Positions 8,872-18,188 of a stretch of DNA of 64,000 nt are shown here, piece after piece. The translations under genes and the position numbers were made by a program. A model generated the notes under the pieces. That model made no database searches, was not told the DNA's origin, and was given only the letters and a program-made list of their open reading frames with translations. The stretch's first letter is position 1, and each line of letters starts with the position of its first letter. This DNA is from an uncultured bacterium (GTDB lineage Bacteria; Krumholzibacteriota; Krumholzibacteriia; JACNKJ01): the NCBI GenBank assembly GCA_964627205.1, contig CAZVHI010000007.1, forward strand, positions 7,412-71,411, given 5' to 3'.

Positions 8872-10113
8872 CTAGGGGCAGTCGTCCACGGGATCGGTCT
8901 TGAACGGCTCGAAGAGGATCGTGGGGCTGCCGCTCTGGGTCGCGATGCGTGCGGGGATCGTCGCGCCCGTGGCCCCGTGGCCCCAGAAGTTGCAGGTGGC
9001 GTCGATCTCGTTGGCGTCGCCGCCGTCGTATGCGCCTACGAGCAGCGCGATGTTCTCCCCCAGGAAACTGTTGTCGTTGAAGTCCATGAAACTGTTGCCG
9101 CTCAGGTTGACACCCGTCGCGACGTTTCCCGTGAATATGCAGCCGGACACGAGACCCACGCTGCCCTGGCCGATCAGAAGGCCGTCGCCGATGATCGACT
9201 CGAAGGTGCTGTTCGCCACCGTGATGCTGCAGTTGGCAAACTCAAAGCCCCGGTCGCAGGACTCGGCCCCGCCGCCGACGATGTTTACGGAGCTGTTGTT
9301 GACGTGGATGCCCTTGGCGCAGTCCTGGAACGACACGCTCTGCAGGGTGATGCCCTCCGGGGCGCCCGTGGTGACGTCCAGGCCGATGTGCGCGTTGCGC
9401 ACGTCCAGGCTCTGAACCGCTAGGGGCTGCACGGAGGACTGGAAGACGATCCCATCCCACCAGTTGTTTCCTTCCGAGCCTGAGCTGTAGGGCTTCATTA
9501 CGACCCAACTCGATCTCGTCCCCTCGACGCTCAGCCCTCCTTGCGTCGTGAGGCGGCTGCCGCTCGCGCACCAGACCGTGACCCCTGCCTCGATGCGCAG
9601 GCGAAGGCCCTCGGGGATACTCACGTTGCCGCTCAGGATATAGAAGGGCGCGTCGTTCGTGGACCACAGGACATCGTCCCCCACCTGGTCGCCGTAGTCG
9701 GCGAAGTTCAGCCCCCGTCCGACGGTGAAGCTGCGCGTCAGGCTGTCGGCGGCCGTCCCGTCGCTCACCCGGCAGCTAACGCTGAGCTCGCCGAATTCAC
9801 TCTCGGGCAAGCGCCAGTGCACCCGCTTCTGCTCGTCGTCCTGGCCGAAGAAGGTGCCATCGCCGCTCCAGGTGAAACTCAACGCGTCGCCGTCGATATC
9901 GAAGGCCAGCGCCTCCAGGAGCACGTCCGTGTCCCCCTGGGCAATGACGGGCTTGTCCCCGCTCACGACGATCCCGCCGTCGAAATAGGGCGCGTGATTC
10001 TGATCTTCGGGTTTCGACGGTCCCTTCGCGCAGGAACCGAGTAAGAGGCCGGCGCAGACGAGGAAAACCAGGATCGGGGAAAAGCGCTTGCCAGGCCGGT
10101 TTCTCGTTTCCAT
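8872..10113 (-). CDS. Lipoprotein with an Ig/PKD-like domain and a right-handed parallel beta-helix
   Basis: ATG at 10113 behind GGAAGGGA. Lipobox LLLGSC. NHAP...AFDIDGDALSFTWS Ig-type segment, followed by short I/V-N/S repeats and the ATCNFWG motif typical of beta-helix proteins. Confidence 0.75.
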   Translation of the reverse strand: METRNRPGKRFSPILVFLVCAGLLLGSCAKGPSKPEDQNHAPYFDGGIVVSGDKPVIAQGDTDVLLEALAFDIDGDALSFTWSGDGTFFGQDDEQKRVHWRLPESEFGELSVSCRVSDGTAADSLTRSFTVGRGLNFADYGDQVGDDVLWSTNDAPFYILSGNVSIPEGLRLRIEAGVTVWCASGSRLTTQGGLSVEGTRSSWVVMKPYSSGSEGNNWWDGIVFQSSVQPLAVQSLDVRNAHIGLDVTTGAPEGITLQSVSFQDCAKGIHVNNSSVNIVGGGAESCDRGFEFANCSITVANSTFESIIGDGLLIGQGSVGLVSGCIFTGNVATGVNLSGNSFMDFNDNSFLGENIALLVGAYDGGDANEIDATCNFWGHGATGATIPARIATQSGSPTILFEPFKTDPVDDCP

Positions 10114-10203
10114 AATCCCTTCCACCTTCGGGTTGATCGACTAGTTCACCCCAGCAAACATAAGGTCTCGCCGGGCGGGCCACAACGCAAATCGAGGTCG
10201 GGC

Positions 10204-11706
10204 ATGCGGCACTCTTCTCTCCTCGGAACCCTCCCCGCGAAGCTGGGTGGCCTGCTCGTCCTCCTGGCGGCCTGCGCACTGCCCCTGAGCGCACAGGGAC
10301 CGGACCTGGTCATCGTCCATACGAACGACCTGCACGCTCACTACCGCAGCTTCCCGAGCCGCAACGGCGAGTTGCGCGGAGGCTTCGCGCGCATCGCCGG
10401 GCGCATCGCCGAGCTGCGCGCAGAGCACGGGGAGCGCTTGCTCTACCTCGATGCGGGCGACCTCTTCGTGGGCACCCCCTATTACCACTACTACCGCGGT
10501 ACGCTCGGCATGGCACTGCTCGAACAGATGGGCTGCGACGCGATGGCCCTCGGCAATCACGAGCTGGACGATGGCGCTCTGAACTTCCTGCGGGCGAGTG
10601 TGGGCGCCGACTTCCCTGTGCTCTGCGCCAACCTCTTCCGCGCGGACGGAGGGGCGCTGCTGCCCGCCGACACGCGGCTGCGCGCCGGTGGTCTCGAGGT
10701 GGCCGTCATCGGTCTCATCACGGAGGCGATGCCCGAGCTGGCGGCGGAGTGCGCGAGCGGCAAGCTCCATGTCACGCCGGCTGCCACGGCGCTGGGCGAC
10801 TGGCTTCCCGCCCAGGGCGACGCCGACCTGGCTCTCGCCCTCAGCCACTGCGGACTCCGCGCGGACCGCGAGATCGCGGCCGCCGTCCCCGGGCTGCCGC
10901 TCATCATCGGCGGGCACAGCCACAGTTTCCTCGACGAGCCGGAGCGAGTCGGCGACACCCTGATCTGCCACACCGGCTGCTACGGTTACAATCTCGGCGT
11001 CCTGGAGTGCTACCGGGAGCAGGATGGGACCTGGCGTTTCGAGGAGCGCATCGAGCCGGTGAGCGCGGACTGGCCCGAGGATCCCGTGGTCGCAGAGCTC
11101 CTCGCTCGCGCCGGCGCGGTCGTGGAACGCGAGATGGACGTGGTGCTCACGGTGCTGCCCGAGGCTTTCGAGGGAAGAGGCAAGAGTACGCAGCCAGACC
11201 CCCTGGGCATTCTCATCGCCGAGCTCATGCGGGCAGAGGCCGGGGCGGATCTCGCCCTGCAGAACGTGGGTGGGTACCGGACCTACCTCACCCGGGGTCC
11301 GGTGACGCGCGGCAGGCTCTTCGAACTCTTGCCCTTCGACAACCGCCTCCTCCGGCTGACGATGACGGGCGCGGATTTGCAGTCCTTCTTCGATTACCTC
11401 GCCGCCCAGCACAACAGCTACCGTTTCAGTCAGATCTCGGGAGCAAGCTACGCCGTCGGGGAGGGGGGAGCCCGCGAGGTGCGGATCGGAGGAAAAGCTC
11501 TCGACCCTGATCGCAGCTACACGCTGGCGGCGGTCGATTTCCTGTACGGAGGCGGCGACGGCTACACGGTGCTGCAGACCGCCACACGGGTCGACACCCT
11601 CGATGCCTTCGCCCGCGAGCTACTGGAAGAACGCCTTCTCAAGGGTCCACCCCCACGTCCCGCCGATTTCCCCCCCAACTTCACGGTCCTCCGCTCAACG
11701 GAGTGA
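10204..11706 (+). CDS. Secreted bifunctional metallophosphatase / 5'-nucleotidase
   Basis: Signal peptide. HTNDLHAH, LDAGD, GNHELD and GGHSH calcineurin-like motifs. C-terminal 5'-nucleotidase domain (LQNVGGYR, LLPFDN, FLYGGGDGY). Confidence 0.93.
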   Translation: MRHSSLLGTLPAKLGGLLVLLAACALPLSAQGPDLVIVHTNDLHAHYRSFPSRNGELRGGFARIAGRIAELRAEHGERLLYLDAGDLFVGTPYYHYYRGTLGMALLEQMGCDAMALGNHELDDGALNFLRASVGADFPVLCANLFRADGGALLPADTRLRAGGLEVAVIGLITEAMPELAAECASGKLHVTPAATALGDWLPAQGDADLALALSHCGLRADREIAAAVPGLPLIIGGHSHSFLDEPERVGDTLICHTGCYGYNLGVLECYREQDGTWRFEERIEPVSADWPEDPVVAELLARAGAVVEREMDVVLTVLPEAFEGRGKSTQPDPLGILIAELMRAEAGADLALQNVGGYRTYLTRGPVTRGRLFELLPFDNRLLRLTMTGADLQSFFDYLAAQHNSYRFSQISGASYAVGEGGAREVRIGGKALDPDRSYTLAAVDFLYGGGDGYTVLQTATRVDTLDAFARELLEERLLKGPPPRPADFPPNFTVLRSTE

Positions 11707-11726
11707 AGCCGCGAAGATCCGTGCTA

Positions 11727-11797
11727 AGAGGTCCTGCATCCCATCGTCCTTGGCTCCAGTTTCACAGTCGCTACGGACGATGGGATGCAGGACCTCT
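11727..11797. repeat. Perfect 23-bp inverted repeat with a 25-nt spacer in a convergent intergenic region
   Basis: AGAGGTCCTGCATCCCATCGTCC (11727-11749) and its exact reverse complement (11775-11797). Confidence 0.92.
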
Positions 11798-11890
11798 CGG
11801 CAAGCCCTTATGGCTTCGCGACGTCGAGTATGCATCTACATACCCCAGCGCCGCGGAGAGGCCGGGTACGGGGCCTCTCCGAGTAACCTG

Positions 11891-14800
11891 CTATTTCAAC
11901 AGCAGCATTTTTTGGCTGTAGACCACTTCACCCATCTCGACGCGCACGAAGTAGAGTCCGCTGGACACCGAGCGGTCTTTCTCGTCCTTCCCGTCCCAGA
12001 CATAGCTGTAGACCGAGCCCGACGCCAGCTGCCCATCATGGAGGGTCCTGATGCGGCGGCCGCGGATATCGTGCACCGTCAGCGTGACCGGCAGGGCGCC
12101 GGCGCCCGCAGGGGTGGCGAAGCGGATGCGCGTGCTCGGGTTGAAGGGGTTGGGGAAGTTCGCGAAGAGCTTGCCCGCCGCCGGCATGGACGGCGAGTCG
12201 TCCACGCCCACGATTTGATCCTCGCGCGTGAACACACCCGTGCGGGCGGCGTTGGCCCGGAACATCTTCCAGCCGGGCAGGCCATTGTTGTACCAGCCGG
12301 GCATGTCCCAGATGTAGACGAAGCGGTCCCAGCCCATGATCGCCACCTCGGTCGTGAAGTTCTCGTCGATGTCGTCGATCGTGGGCGAGCTGCGCAACTC
12401 CGCGCCCGTGAGGATGGGGAAGCCAGGCATGGAACTGCCGTCCAGCTCCCAGGCGTAGAGATAGCCCTTTTCCGTCCCGAAGAGGATCTCCAGGTCGTGG
12501 TCGCCGTCCAGATCCACCACGACAGGGCTGGCCTCGCTGCTGTCCTCGAGATGGATGGGCCAGCCGGGCAAAGTATTAGCCTGGTTGTCCAGCACCGTGA
12601 CGTAACAGCTCGTGTAGGTCGGACAACCGGCTGCGACGATCTCCATCTGCCCGTCGCCCTCGAAGTCGACGAGCGCCGGGCTGGGTGTCAGGCCATCCGT
12701 GTCGGTTTCCAACCATACCGGGAAACCGTTGCCGTAGGAGCTGCCGTCACCACGCAGCACGTAGAGGGAATCGTTCTCGCAGAGCATGACGATCTCGTTC
12801 TCGTCGTCGTCGTCGATATCCCCCACCGAAGGGCTGGAGTGGATTGATCCGTTGAAGCTCAGGGGCCAGCCGGACAGAGTGCTGCCGTCGTGATTCCAGG
12901 CGAAGAGCTTGCTGGCGCCCCCGCTGCCGACGACGATCTCCAGCTCGGGGTCCTCGTCGAGCTGTGCGAGGCTCGCGCTGGAGCGGCTCCAGCCGCCGAT
13001 GCCCGTGGCGAAGACTCCGTCCGTGGCGGGGTTGCTGTCCCCGTCGATCAGCTCCGTGCCGTCGTGGTGCCAGGCGTAGAGCACGCCCGGCGTCTGGCTA
13101 ACGATGAAGATCTCGACCAGCTCGTCGCCGTCCACGTCGGCCACGGAAGGCGTCGCCCAGCACCAGTAGTCCGAGAAGCTCTTCGGCCAGCCGGGCAGCA
13201 CCTCGCCGTCTCCGCTGTAGACGTAGAGGGAGAAGGGTGTGATGCACGCGGCCACGATCTCCAGGCCGGCGGTGAAGGTGTCCACCTGGGCCAGGGCCAC
13301 GCTGGCCGCGAAGTCGTTGCCCTCGCCAGAGAGCACGCCGTAGGTGCTGGAGTCGTCGTCGCCGTCCAAGATCTCCACGCCATCGTGGTGCCAGGCGTAG
13401 ATGTACTTGGAGGCGGCCACGATCTCCTTGTCGCCGTCGCCGTCGATGTCCCCGATGACCACGCTGCTGGCGCTGGCCGCATCGGTCTCCAGGGGCCAGC
13501 CCTCCTGCATGGCCGGGTTCGTGCTGATGGAGTTCTCGGCGCTCTGGGCACTGCGGTAGCCGGTGGAGTCCATTGTCTCCACGACGAAGTAGTAGGTCGT
13601 GCTCTCCGCGAGCCCGTCGTTCCGGAAGTAGGCGTGCTCAGTAGGATCGGCGGAGACGAGTGTGTAGGGTCCTCCCTCGTCGAGGCTGCGATAGACGAGG
13701 TAGCCACCCGGCGGCTGCTCGCCCGGGATCTCCCAGGCCACGTCGATGATCGTGCTCGCGAAGCTCGAGTCGAGGTAGAGGCTGTCGGGCGGCGAGGGGC
13801 GCCGCACGACGATCGTGTCTACGAGGCTCTCGCCCAGCGGCCCGCTGAGGATCAGCTCGAAGCGGTTGGGCGAGGTCACGTCGCTCTCGAAGATGCTGAA
13901 GCCGTCAGACGAGCCCTTCTCGAGGAAACCCAGGACCGGCAGGATCACGGGGCCCGAGAGCACCGAGCCGTTCGGATCGAGGCCGAGGAGTGATGCGTCC
14001 CAGCCGCCCAGCGGCGTGCTGCCGTAGTTCTTCCATTCCGGCTCCAGCGTGTAGGTCTCGCCGGAGTCGGGCTCGCCGTCGCCGTCGCCGCCGGAGTCGT
14101 CGATGACGTAGGCGAAGAGATTGGGCACGGGGGCGTGGACGAGGACGTCGAGCTGGTCGGTCTGGGCGCCGCCATCGTAGCCAAGGGCGAGGTCGAGCAG
14201 GACGGGCAGGCCGTTTGCCAGGCTCTGCGGCGCGCTCAAGAGGAAGATCAGGTCGAGGTCGAGGCTGTCGCCCGCGGCGACCGTCGTGCCCGTGGCATGG
14301 CTGCCCTCCAGCACGCTCATCTGCCCGCCCGGCAGGCTGAGGTCCAGGGTCACGTTCGCCGCCGCCGCGTCGCCGCGGTTGTAGAGGCGCATCCCCAGGC
14401 GCACGGTCTCGCCCGCGTCGAGCAGGTCGTCCGCGTTGCCGACGATCGAACCCTCCGCGGCGGGGTCGTCCCGCACCTGCAGTAGGTCCACCGACAAGCG
14501 GGGCCCCGTCCCGGCACCCACGGTCACGCTGCCCTGCCAGATCAGGCGATTCCGGGCAACCACGCTGATCTCCAGGTCGCCCGGTGACTCGGCGTGCACC
14601 GGCAGCGCGATCTCGCCTAGCGCGTCGGTGTGCCCGATGGCGCGGTCCTCGCTGGCCTTGTAGGCCGTGACGCGCGCGCCCTCGACGGGCAGACCCTGGC
14701 TGTCGACCGATAGATACAGAGTGTCGCTGTCGAGCGTGAACGGAACCGTGAGACTCACGTCGAGAGGCCAGGGCGTGTCCAGCATGACATCGAGCGTGGG

Positions 14801-16627
14801 ATCGCCCATCAGCACGTAGGTGAGCTGGGTCCAGCGGTGGCTGCCCTCGATCATCCCGTAGGCCGCCCAGTCGTTGTGGCTCAGCGTGAAGACCTCGCCC
14901 ACGGTCAAGCTGTCGGCGAAGAGCCGGCTGTAGTAGGAGTTCTGATAGTAGACGCTCGTGTTGGGATAGGCCTCGCGCACCGTGCCGATGCTCGTGATGC
15001 TGCCGCCCTCGGGCGCAAGCAGGATCGCCTCGCCGAGGCTGTTGAAGTCGATGGCGCAGGACGTGCAGTTCAGGGCGTAGAAGTTGATCAGGTGATCGAG
15101 GCCGTTAGTCAGCGCCTCGACCTGGTCGGAGACGATGCTGCCGTCGCCCACGGACATGGTGTAGCGGTAGCCGTGCCCGACGTGGTGCAGGATGTGCGCG
15201 CGGGTCTCCATGTCGTTCAGGGTATCGGTGATCGTCTCTGGCAGGGAGCCCGGGTAGAGCCACCATGTCTCGTAGAAGCGGACCATGTCCATCTGCGGCG
15301 CCAGGGGCAGGATATAGTTGTTATAGACCATCTCGCAGTAGTCGGCGCCGTTGCGCGTGATCACTTCGTCCGGATCGCCGAGCTGGTACCAGGACGGGAA
15401 GAGAACCTCGCCGAGCAGGGTCACGTTGCGGACGTAGCTGGTGTCGGGCGCGCTGACGTAGGTCATGACCTTGTCCACCATGAGCTCCGCGCTCTCCGCG
15501 TCCCGCACGGGCATGCGGCCCAGGTGGATGTCCGCGATGAAGTCCACATCGTCGCCGGGAACGCCCCCGTAGGTCGACTCGCCGAAGAACTGGTTGCCGT
15601 TGGCGTTCCAGTTGCCGTCGAGCTGCGCGTAGTATAGATCGCAGGGTACGTCCTCCGCCGGCGAGTGGAAATTGGAGTGGGCGTAGCGCGCGGGAATGAC
15701 CCCCGTGTCGCCGGCAAGGATCAGGAAGCCTATCCCCCACTTCTCGTACGCGTCACGGATGAAGAAGCGGATGGTCTCCTGCAGGTCGGCGCCCTGGGGA
15801 TAGTTCTGCTGGATCCAGTCCGTGTCGCGCACGACGGTCGCTATGCCGAGGGCCGTCTTGTACTCGGCCAGGGTCTCGAAGGTCGCCACGTACTCGGGAG
15901 CCGTGATGATGAGCAGGTCGACGCCGCTGCCCTCCATGCTCGGCATGCCCCGCGGCGAGAAGATGCCACGGTCCGCGCGCATCTCGCTCTCGGGAGCGAA
16001 GCGCGCGACGTCCTGGGGATTCGCCACGCGGACTCTGTGCCTCTCGTGTCCGGCGGCGATCAGTGCGGCGGTCTCCCGCCGTGGAAAGATGGCGTCCGGG
16101 TCGGACTCCGTCTCCACCACGATGTCGCAGGCGAGCAAGCGCTGGAGCCGCGCGCCCTCGCCGTCCGACTCATAGAGCAGCGGCGCCAGCACGATCTCCG
16201 CGCTCGCGAAACCGCGCTGGACGAAGGTCCCGCTGGCGACGACGTGCTCCGCGGGGAAACGCTCGGACGCCTGCGCGTTCAGGGTGATCCGTTCGCCGGA
16301 CTCGCCCTGGGCACCTGCGAAGTCAGGCAGTGCCGTGGGCAGCGTCACGAGGTCCGCCTTCAGGTTCTCGAGCCGGATCGTGCGGATCCGTTCTCCGGCC
16401 GGGATGGCCAGGCTGATCGTTTGCAGGGGAAGCTCAGGCCTCTCTCCCATCTCAGTGCTCAGGGGGCTCCGGGCGACCAGCTCGCGGATTCCCGCCTCGT
16501 CGGCGGCAGCGCGCAGGTCTGCGCCCGCGGTCCAGTGATGCTGGACGCTGGCAGCAGATGCGAGGGTGGCGAAGCTGAGAAGGAGCAGACAGACAGATGG
16601 CAGGGCGCGATGGAGTGGCAGACTCAT
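11891..16627 (-). CDS. Gingipain-like C25 cysteine peptidase: propeptide, C25 domain, Ig-like and FN3 domains, FG-GAP-like propeller, FlgD-Ig/T9SS-type C-terminal domain
   Basis: ATG at 16627 behind GGAGG; signal peptide. CDLYYAQLDG, LGRMP, VGHG (His) and ALNCTSC (Cys), LMGDP. Repeated xxG(W/F)P motifs with DxDGDG loops. NFPNPFNPSTRIRF...WDGKD...SGLYFVR tail. Confidence 0.9.
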   Translation of the reverse strand: MSLPLHRALPSVCLLLLSFATLASAASVQHHWTAGADLRAAADEAGIRELVARSPLSTEMGERPELPLQTISLAIPAGERIRTIRLENLKADLVTLPTALPDFAGAQGESGERITLNAQASERFPAEHVVASGTFVQRGFASAEIVLAPLLYESDGEGARLQRLLACDIVVETESDPDAIFPRRETAALIAAGHERHRVRVANPQDVARFAPESEMRADRGIFSPRGMPSMEGSGVDLLIITAPEYVATFETLAEYKTALGIATVVRDTDWIQQNYPQGADLQETIRFFIRDAYEKWGIGFLILAGDTGVIPARYAHSNFHSPAEDVPCDLYYAQLDGNWNANGNQFFGESTYGGVPGDDVDFIADIHLGRMPVRDAESAELMVDKVMTYVSAPDTSYVRNVTLLGEVLFPSWYQLGDPDEVITRNGADYCEMVYNNYILPLAPQMDMVRFYETWWLYPGSLPETITDTLNDMETRAHILHHVGHGYRYTMSVGDGSIVSDQVEALTNGLDHLINFYALNCTSCAIDFNSLGEAILLAPEGGSITSIGTVREAYPNTSVYYQNSYYSRLFADSLTVGEVFTLSHNDWAAYGMIEGSHRWTQLTYVLMGDPTLDVMLDTPWPLDVSLTVPFTLDSDTLYLSVDSQGLPVEGARVTAYKASEDRAIGHTDALGEIALPVHAESPGDLEISVVARNRLIWQGSVTVGAGTGPRLSVDLLQVRDDPAAEGSIVGNADDLLDAGETVRLGMRLYNRGDAAAANVTLDLSLPGGQMSVLEGSHATGTTVAAGDSLDLDLIFLLSAPQSLANGLPVLLDLALGYDGGAQTDQLDVLVHAPVPNLFAYVIDDSGGDGDGEPDSGETYTLEPEWKNYGSTPLGGWDASLLGLDPNGSVLSGPVILPVLGFLEKGSSDGFSIFESDVTSPNRFELILSGPLGESLVDTIVVRRPSPPDSLYLDSSFASTIIDVAWEIPGEQPPGGYLVYRSLDEGGPYTLVSADPTEHAYFRNDGLAESTTYYFVVETMDSTGYRSAQSAENSISTNPAMQEGWPLETDAASASSVVIGDIDGDGDKEIVAASKYIYAWHHDGVEILDGDDDSSTYGVLSGEGNDFAASVALAQVDTFTAGLEIVAACITPFSLYVYSGDGEVLPGWPKSFSDYWCWATPSVADVDGDELVEIFIVSQTPGVLYAWHHDGTELIDGDSNPATDGVFATGIGGWSRSSASLAQLDEDPELEIVVGSGGASKLFAWNHDGSTLSGWPLSFNGSIHSSPSVGDIDDDDENEIVMLCENDSLYVLRGDGSSYGNGFPVWLETDTDGLTPSPALVDFEGDGQMEIVAAGCPTYTSCYVTVLDNQANTLPGWPIHLEDSSEASPVVVDLDGDHDLEILFGTEKGYLYAWELDGSSMPGFPILTGAELRSSPTIDDIDENFTTEVAIMGWDRFVYIWDMPGWYNNGLPGWKMFRANAARTGVFTREDQIVGVDDSPSMPAAGKLFANFPNPFNPSTRIRFATPAGAGALPVTLTVHDIRGRRIRTLHDGQLASGSVYSYVWDGKDEKDRSVSSGLYFVRVEMGEVVYSQKMLLLK

Positions 16628-16712
16628 CCAGGCCTCCAAGGGCTGTGATCCTGATGGCGACACGGCAAGTGCCGGCGCCTGAGGAGATTTCCAGGTGAGC
16701 AGAGAGTTCATA

Positions 16713-16741
16713 ATTATACCATGTGCAAGGCAGGGCCACAA
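16713..16741 (-). promoter_or_regulatory. sigma70 promoter (extended -10) for the C25 peptidase gene
   Basis: Minus strand TTGTGG (16741-36), N17, TATAAT (16718-13), with TG at the extended -10 position. Confidence 0.7.
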
Positions 16742-16762
16742 ATAGGCTATGCCGCAGGGGTC

Positions 16763-16810
16763 GGGAAAGAGAGGGGCCGCCCCATTCCAGACGGGGCGGC
16801 CCTGTTTCCC
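16763..16810 (-). terminator. Intrinsic terminator after the tldD-pmbA operon
   Basis: 10-bp GC stem GGGCCGCCCC / GGGGCGGCCC (16774-83, 16793-802), followed on the minus strand by TCTCTTTCCC. Confidence 0.75.
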
Positions 16811-16838
16811 GCGGATTCCCGGAGGGCCTTTCAGGCTG

Positions 16839-18188
16839 CTAGAAGTCCGTTCCGCTGGAGAAGCGGAAGTTCCGGACGACCATGGAAGGGAGGGCCATGT
16901 CCCCCAGCACCTCCGTCTTCCCGAGCGCTACCACGTTGCCGAACAGGTCGAGGAGGCTCTGGTTGAAGCGGAAGTTCTTCACGGGACCGGTCCGCTGGCC
17001 GTTCTCGATCCTGAAGGTGCCGTCGCGGGTCATGCCCGTGACGACCATACGCATCGGGTCCACGATGTTCGTGTACCAGAGACGGGTGACCAGGACCCCG
17101 TGCTCCACGCCCGCGAGCAGCTCGTCCTGGGTGGCCTCGCCGCCGTGCAGCACGGGGAAGAAGGGGAAGGCGCCCCAGCTATTGGGGGCCGGCAGGCCGT
17201 GTCCTGTCGCTTCCTGACCCGTCAGCTGCGCGCTGAGCCGGTCGTGGAGGAAGCTGCTCAGGACGCCGTTCTCGATCAGGTTGATCTTTCGTGTATCGAC
17301 GCCCTCCCCGTCGAAGCTGATTCCGAAGAGGCCTTCGAGACCAGGATCCTCCGACAGGGTGATGTTCTCGCCGAAGACCTTCTCGCCCAGCCTGCCCGCG
17401 AGCGGGCTGCGCTTCTCGGCGACAGCCATGCCGTTGAAGCCGAGGTAGGTGAGGAACCAGACCAGATCGCGCATCGCCTCGGGCTCGAAGAGCACCGTGT
17501 ATTCCCCAGGCGCCAGATCCGCGGGCTCCTGACTGTCGAGCGCCCGCCGGCAGGCGTCCTCGGCCACCCGCACCGGGTCCACGTCCGCGGCGCGTCGGAC
17601 CAGGACACGGCTCCGCCCCGCGCCGTCGCCCTTTTGCGCGCTGACCTCGAAGATCGTGCGGCTCTTGCGCCCGAAGCGGTAGAGGCCGGTGCTGTTCGCC
17701 ACGGCGAAGGGCTCGATGCTCCCGTAGTCGCCGATGCTCCCCTCGCTCGTGAGCGCGATGCCGCCCACCTCGAGGCCGTCCCGCGCTGCGACGTCCACCG
17801 CCGCCCGCACCCATTCCGCGCGCGTGTCCGCCGTGACTTCCGCCGTGCCTGCGTCCCAGGCGGAGTCCTCCCGGCGCTCGTCGCCCTGGTGGAAGTCCAG
17901 CACGCGGTCGCTCTCCTCCTGGATCCGTGCCAGCGCCGTCGCCTCCTGCACAGCCTTCTCCAGGCTCGCATCCGTGAAGTCGTTCGTGGTCGCGAGACCC
18001 ATCTTGCGCCCCACCCGCACACGGACGCGCAGTTCGTAGCGCTCCTCGGAGACGTTCTGGGTGATGCGGTTCTCGCCGTAGCGCGTGAGGTGCTCGCGGC
18101 CGCCACCTAGCACGACTTCGGTCTCGTCCGCCTCGCTGCAGCCGAAGACCCGATCACGGATGTCGCGGAACTCCTTCTCGCCGATCAT
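16839..18188 (-). CDS. pmbA: TldD/PmbA family protein (PmbA/TldE-like subunit)
   Basis: ATGA overlap with tldD. LTRYGENRITQN, YTVLFEPEA, FDGEG, LVTRLWY, TGMTRDGTFRIENG, FRFN. No HExxGH motif. Confidence 0.85.
   Translation of the reverse strand: MIGEKEFRDIRDRVFGCSEADETEVVLGGGREHLTRYGENRITQNVSEERYELRVRVRVGRKMGLATTNDFTDASLEKAVQEATALARIQEESDRVLDFHQGDERREDSAWDAGTAEVTADTRAEWVRAAVDVAARDGLEVGGIALTSEGSIGDYGSIEPFAVANSTGLYRFGRKSRTIFEVSAQKGDGAGRSRVLVRRAADVDPVRVAEDACRRALDSQEPADLAPGEYTVLFEPEAMRDLVWFLTYLGFNGMAVAEKRSPLAGRLGEKVFGENITLSEDPGLEGLFGISFDGEGVDTRKINLIENGVLSSFLHDRLSAQLTGQEATGHGLPAPNSWGAFPFFPVLHGGEATQDELLAGVEHGVLVTRLWYTNIVDPMRMVVTGMTRDGTFRIENGQRTGPVKNFRFNQSLLDLFGNVVALGKTEVLGDMALPSMVVRNFRFSSGTDF

Noticed and set aside
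12290-13510. Repeated DNA segments (e.g. tcgtggtgccaggcgtaga twice)
   Set aside because: These encode protein propeller repeats within the C25 gene; they are not CRISPR or mobile repeats.
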